A stretch of 63,794 nt of DNA, the filler included, from Octopus bimaculoides (taxonomy: Eukaryota): assembly GCF_001194135.2 (NCBI RefSeq). It is 5 parts of 4 records of this genome, joined end to end, with 100 filler letters (N's around TTAATTAATTAA, not from the genome) between each part and the next. Parts side by side here need not be neighbours in the genome. Positions count along the whole stretch, not along the records: positions 61,884 to 63,794 come from NC_068995.1; 4 more parts are not named here. The stretch is one strand, 5' to 3'. The stretch's first letter is position 1. Every line of letters begins with the position of its first letter. Under the pieces are notes generated by a model that made no database searches, had not been told where the DNA came from, and worked only from the letters and a program-made list of their open reading frames with translations. Shown here in pieces: positions 63,649-63,794 of this stretch. The position numbers and the translations under genes were made by a program.

Positions 63649-63702
<54 letters not shown>

Positions 63703-63710
63703 CTATCTAC

Positions 63711-63754
<44 letters not shown>

Positions 63755-63794
63755 GTGTCTGTCTGTCTGTTTCTCTCTCTCTCTCTCTCTCTCT

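Overview
This is an AT-rich, microsatellite-saturated eukaryotic draft-scaffold window with many N gaps. The SINE, LINE and microsatellite landscape suggests a coleoid cephalopod (Octopus-like); this is inferred from memory of the repeat families, not from a search. No intact host protein-coding gene, rRNA, functional tRNA or CRISPR array can be supported, and nearly all ORF-track entries are translations of microsatellites or gaps. The recognisable coding remnants are all transposon-derived: a Penelope-like element (RT + GIY-YIG), a ~2.9 kb CR1-group LINE (APE + RT), Tx1/L1-type 3' fragments, three R4/Dong-type fragments, an RTE-like 3' end with C2H2 fingers, and Tigger/pogo and mariner remnants. 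There are also at least four tRNA-derived SINE families and several MITE/foldback elements. The most interesting signals are: (1) two minimal hammerhead ribozymes in Penelope-type terminal repeats nested in an inverted-repeat structure at 59.6-60.2 kb; (2) a Pol III tRNA-like head directly behind the Penelope ORF; (3) a 266 bp near-perfect hairpin at 42.2 kb; (4) R4-type elements sitting inside specific microsatellites; (5) a CpG-decayed ~25 kb domain that hints at a methylated gene body, with only weak candidate exons. I cannot demonstrate a wholly new biological system from the sequence alone.
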